Assembly: GCA_037447605.1 (NCBI GenBank)
Contig: CM074819.1
Span: 682,001-746,000, forward strand
Reading direction: 5' to 3'
DNA from: Zygnema circumcarinatum SAG 698-1b
Lineage: Eukaryota; Plantae; Zygnematophyceae
Length of the DNA stretch: 64,000 bases
Within the stretch, counting starts at the first letter, position 1; every line of letters starts with the position of its first letter. The notes beneath the pieces were generated by a model. It saw nothing but the letters and a program-made list of their open reading frames with translations. It did not search any database and had not been told where the DNA came from. The translations under genes and the position numbers were made by a program. Positions 60,577-64,000 of this stretch are shown here, piece by piece.

Positions 60577-62427
60577 TCAAAACGTTCCTCCATTCCAACC
60601 AAAGTCACTCCTCTGCGCACGTATACAAGAAATGGTCTTTCATGGAGTGAGCGCCTAGTAAGGATTGCTTCTTCAAATCCACACATAAAGAAAGTCAACG
60701 ACTTTAGAATTAGGTGAAGGGGCAGATTATAGACCTCGAATATCTAAGCAAAAGTCAGACATCGCTTCCTCAAATAACAAGAAGGCTTAAGCATATCATC
60801 GCATCGCATCTGTTGGATATCCTGAATGAGAAGTCAAATAATCAAGGAGAGCAACAGAAATGGCACAACAGCGGCAAGAAAAAAAAGGTGTTATGGAATA
60901 GCAGTCAGCCTGTGCATCCAACATCAAAGAGGCGTAAGAAGGGCAGCAGTTGACAGGAAGCCAAGTGTTAACAAGTAAAAAGTTCATGTCGATCGTGGAG
61001 AAAAGTTTGGGAACAAGGTGAGATCACGCATTCAGGCGAGACCTTCCACATACACAAGAAATAAAAAATATGAAACTCTGCATCCTCAACAAAGGTATTG
61101 GCCGAAATGACCTCTTTTGAAAATGCTCAAGCCTGAAGAATGCAGCGACTGAAAGCACAGCGTATAAGTGTCAGAAATATAGGCAAGTTCTAAGTTTTTG
61201 TTCGTCTTCTCACTTCCTCTGTTACGCTTGAGGAACTTGCTTGCTTTACGGTTCAGAACAGGGCCTTCAATCAACCTCACTCACCATTAGTGCCGGAGCA
61301 CCTAAACAAGGCAGCCAACCATTCATACGGGGCTTGATGCAGATACAGATAAGAACAATTCTAAAGCGATCTCCTCACGCTATTGGTGCATAGCATGCAA
61401 ACACTCCATTTCCCAGCTGCTTATCCTCCCCTGAAACCATTCAACCCGTCCCATCCAAACCAAAGTTCAGCAAGCATGACAAAAGCACAAAATCAAAGAA
61501 AAAACAGCAGTGGAAAAGCCAGCAAACTCATCCGGACCATGGCTGGGGGTTATTATTGCAACTATAAAGACACAAAATCAAGTCCACAAGATTGAATGTA
61601 ACACGTTTCTGTGAAACCGGTTAAAGAATCACCAAACATATAAAAGGAGCAGAGTAAACGGTACAAAGGACTCCGACAGAGCGCAAAACTTCAGTGTGCA
61701 GCTGGTCATGACAAGAGCCTGGTAGGAAAGCCCGGTCATCGAAAGCAAAATCGGGATGGTTCTCAATTACCTTAGCATCATAAAACTTGATGTAGAAGCG
61801 GTTTTTTGGAATGTTCAGTTTCGATTCCAAAATTTCAGAAAGCGCAGAGCTTAACCTTTTGTTTGGCTCCGGTCCCAAGGCGCCGATAGAGACCAATTCT
61901 CCATAAGCTGTTGGTTCCTCTGTGCCCCCAAAGGTCATAGGGATGCCAGCTCTCAGCGACACCTGGACATACTGTGACAAATCCACAGGAGAATACGTCA
62001 ATCAAGGCGGCAGGATGAAGAAGCTGTACATGAAATGGAAAACATAAGAAATCAATGATACTGAAGTGAACAAGGCACCCACGCAAATAAACCGCATAAT
62101 TTCTCTCCTCAGAAAGAGTTCGTCCATCATACGTCATCTCATTCAAACCCTCCAGCTTCCACGCGAACCCTACCCTATATCACTTTTTGACAATACCAGG
62201 ACGTCCAGCTCCAAACACTCCCTACAGCGGCACCAACAGAAACTGCAGAAGCCTCGATTACACTTCCATTATTCCTACGCCATTGAACTTTAAGCAAGAA
62301 AAGGAACAATACTCACACTCTCAGGCTTGCCAAGCGACTGTGCAACTGCCTTACTCGCATCCTTCAGAATGTCAGACGTCAACACTGCATCCACAGGCAC
62401 ATTGGTCACCACATGCAGACTCGGCAT
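60577..62427 (-). CDS. MIF: Macrophage migration inhibitory factor / D-dopachrome tautomerase-like protein, 115 aa
   Basis: Exons 62317-62427 MPSLHVVTNVPVDAVLTSDILKDASKAVAQSLGKPES, 61771-61971 YVQV..FGGTEEPTAYGELVSIG..RFYIKFYDAK, 60577-60612 RSDFGWNGGTF*. The catalytic N-terminal Pro is retained. Confidence 0.95.
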
Positions 62428-62782
62428 GTTATCAAAAAAATATATTTTTCTGCAAAAAATCTTCCTGCTTGCCGCAGCTGAAGCAGCAACAACAAGTGTC
62501 AGGACTCTCCAGGAAATGCCGCTTGAATATAAACTTAATATAAGCAGCAGCTGCAACTGTTTCAGTTTACGTATGGAGGGAGCTTCCAAGAAAAACCATT
62601 TGCAACTTTGTTTTCAGGGGAGAGTGTGCACCTGGTAGGGGGCTCTACCCTGTAAGCGGAAGCCAATCACGACATGCCACGTAAGCACATTATAGCGTGG
62701 CAGACTGTGATTGGTCGACCGGAAGGTCGCTCAAGGATGAAAGTGAGCGAAACTGGAAGCGAAACCACGAGGGCATCGCCAT

Positions 62783-63916
62783 CGAATTTTCATTGGATGA
62801 TTATGGCGACCATTTCCTCGTGGTTCCCCATGATGATGATGTTGTCCATGTACATTTGATGGCATCATCGCCATCGTGAGATCAATGCCACATCCCCCCT
62901 ACGATTCAATCCGAGCCATAGTAATAGAATGTGGCATTGATCTCACGATGGCGATGCCATTAAATGTACATGGACAATATCATCAACATGGGGAACCACG
63001 AGGGACTGGCCGCCATAGTAATAGGATACCATCCAATGGAAATTCGCCACGTCACCATATTGTCCGCGTGGTGAGTCCCCACAGGACAATGCTCGGCTAT
63101 GCACACTACTGCTACTGCTAATGCGAGTCATCGTGTTGTACTTGGAAGGCCTAGAACAAGAAGAACAATGCTTCAGGGTCGTCGCCACAGAAGCGCAGAG
63201 TGGCAACCTTTCATCACAACTTAGTTGGTTGTCTTGCAAAATTACTCTCTGTATAGCCGTGTGGAACTAATTGGTCCCTGACTCCAACATAAAATTTACC
63301 TACAGGGATCGGGTTCAAGTAACGGCTCTCTTGTTCAGTCATTATATTATCAAGAACTGAGGATTGGCATTGGCCTCATGACAGCGAAGCCATCACCATG
63401 ATACCTTCTTTTGTTGATACTCGATAAGTCTACAAGACCACAAGGACATAGAATTGGCATTGCTCTCAATACGGCGATGATGCCCTCAATGGAACATGGA
63501 CAAAGTCAACATGGGGAACCACGAAGAACCAACCGCTCACGAAGGACCTAAGGACGACAGAAAAGAGCCATGAGCTGGCCTTTGCTCCACAACATCGGCT
63601 CCTGCTTGTTGCTTCTGGGCTCGATATCGCTAAATCGCATCGTATCGACGGAGGCCATTATCGTATCGTAGCACAACGTATCGCATCGCGTAATATCGCA
63701 GCGTATCGTGGTGGCCATGTCCGGGCCGCCGCACATCGGCGACCTTCGCGGCTGCTTCTAGGGAGGGCTGCGATGTTGCGCCTAGGCGTAGCTTTCAACT
63801 CCTAGCTTTTTTTTTTGTCCTTAGGCCCTTTGCGACCAGTTCCTCGTGGTTCCCCATGATGATGATGTTGTCCATGTACATTGATGGCCTTGCCATCGTG
63901 AGATCAAAGCCACATC
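62783..63916. repeat. Cluster of four about 110-bp inverted repeat arms (probable long-TIR element ends)
   Basis: 62783-62893 pairs with 62929-63048, and 63453-63569 pairs with 63804-63916. Core CCTCGTGGTTCCCCATG..GTCCATGTACATT..GCCATCGTGAGATCAATGCCACAT. Relatives occur at about 270-400 and 16317-16338. Confidence 0.85.
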
Positions 63917-64000
63917 TTCCATTCCCTTTACAATCATACGCAATAAATCTAGCATTTTAAACAATAATATAACATCGTGAAACAATGAATAGCATAAAAA

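Noticed and set aside
59400-61270. Degenerate LINE or separate gene from short ORFs
   Set aside because: No RT or endonuclease motifs; the region is explained as MIF intron 2 and the 3' UTRs of convergent genes.

Overview
Eukaryotic, intron-rich nuclear DNA from a draft scaffold with seven N gaps. The gene content points to a streptophyte plant, most likely a charophyte-grade alga (inference; species not determinable). I spliced gene models by hand using GT/GC-AG boundaries and reading-phase continuity. Minus strand: a conserved plant uncharacterised membrane protein (856-9578) carrying frameshifted duplicate exons in an intron; a 20-exon cellulose-synthase-like gene with mixed CesA/CslD signatures (17285-28032); the 3' half of EMC2; a SEN1/UPF1-like SF1 helicase whose ATPase motifs sit on 14-34 nt microexons; and MIF. 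Plus strand: the last exon of STE24/FACE1; a secreted GH5 endoglucanase resembling bacterial GH5_1 enzymes; and a long orphan ORF. Between 12.3 and 16.1 kb lie a head-to-head pair of small membrane-protein paralogs and decayed SPX-MFS and Ku70-like SAP fragments. Introns are filled with GA/CT microsatellites and degenerate TTTAGGG repeats. Dense MITE stacks occupy 48.0-53.5 kb and long inverted repeats occupy 62.8-63.9 kb. I saw no rRNA, tRNA or CRISPR. Family assignments come from remembered motifs, not database searches. Most ORFs in the supplied track are translations of repeats.
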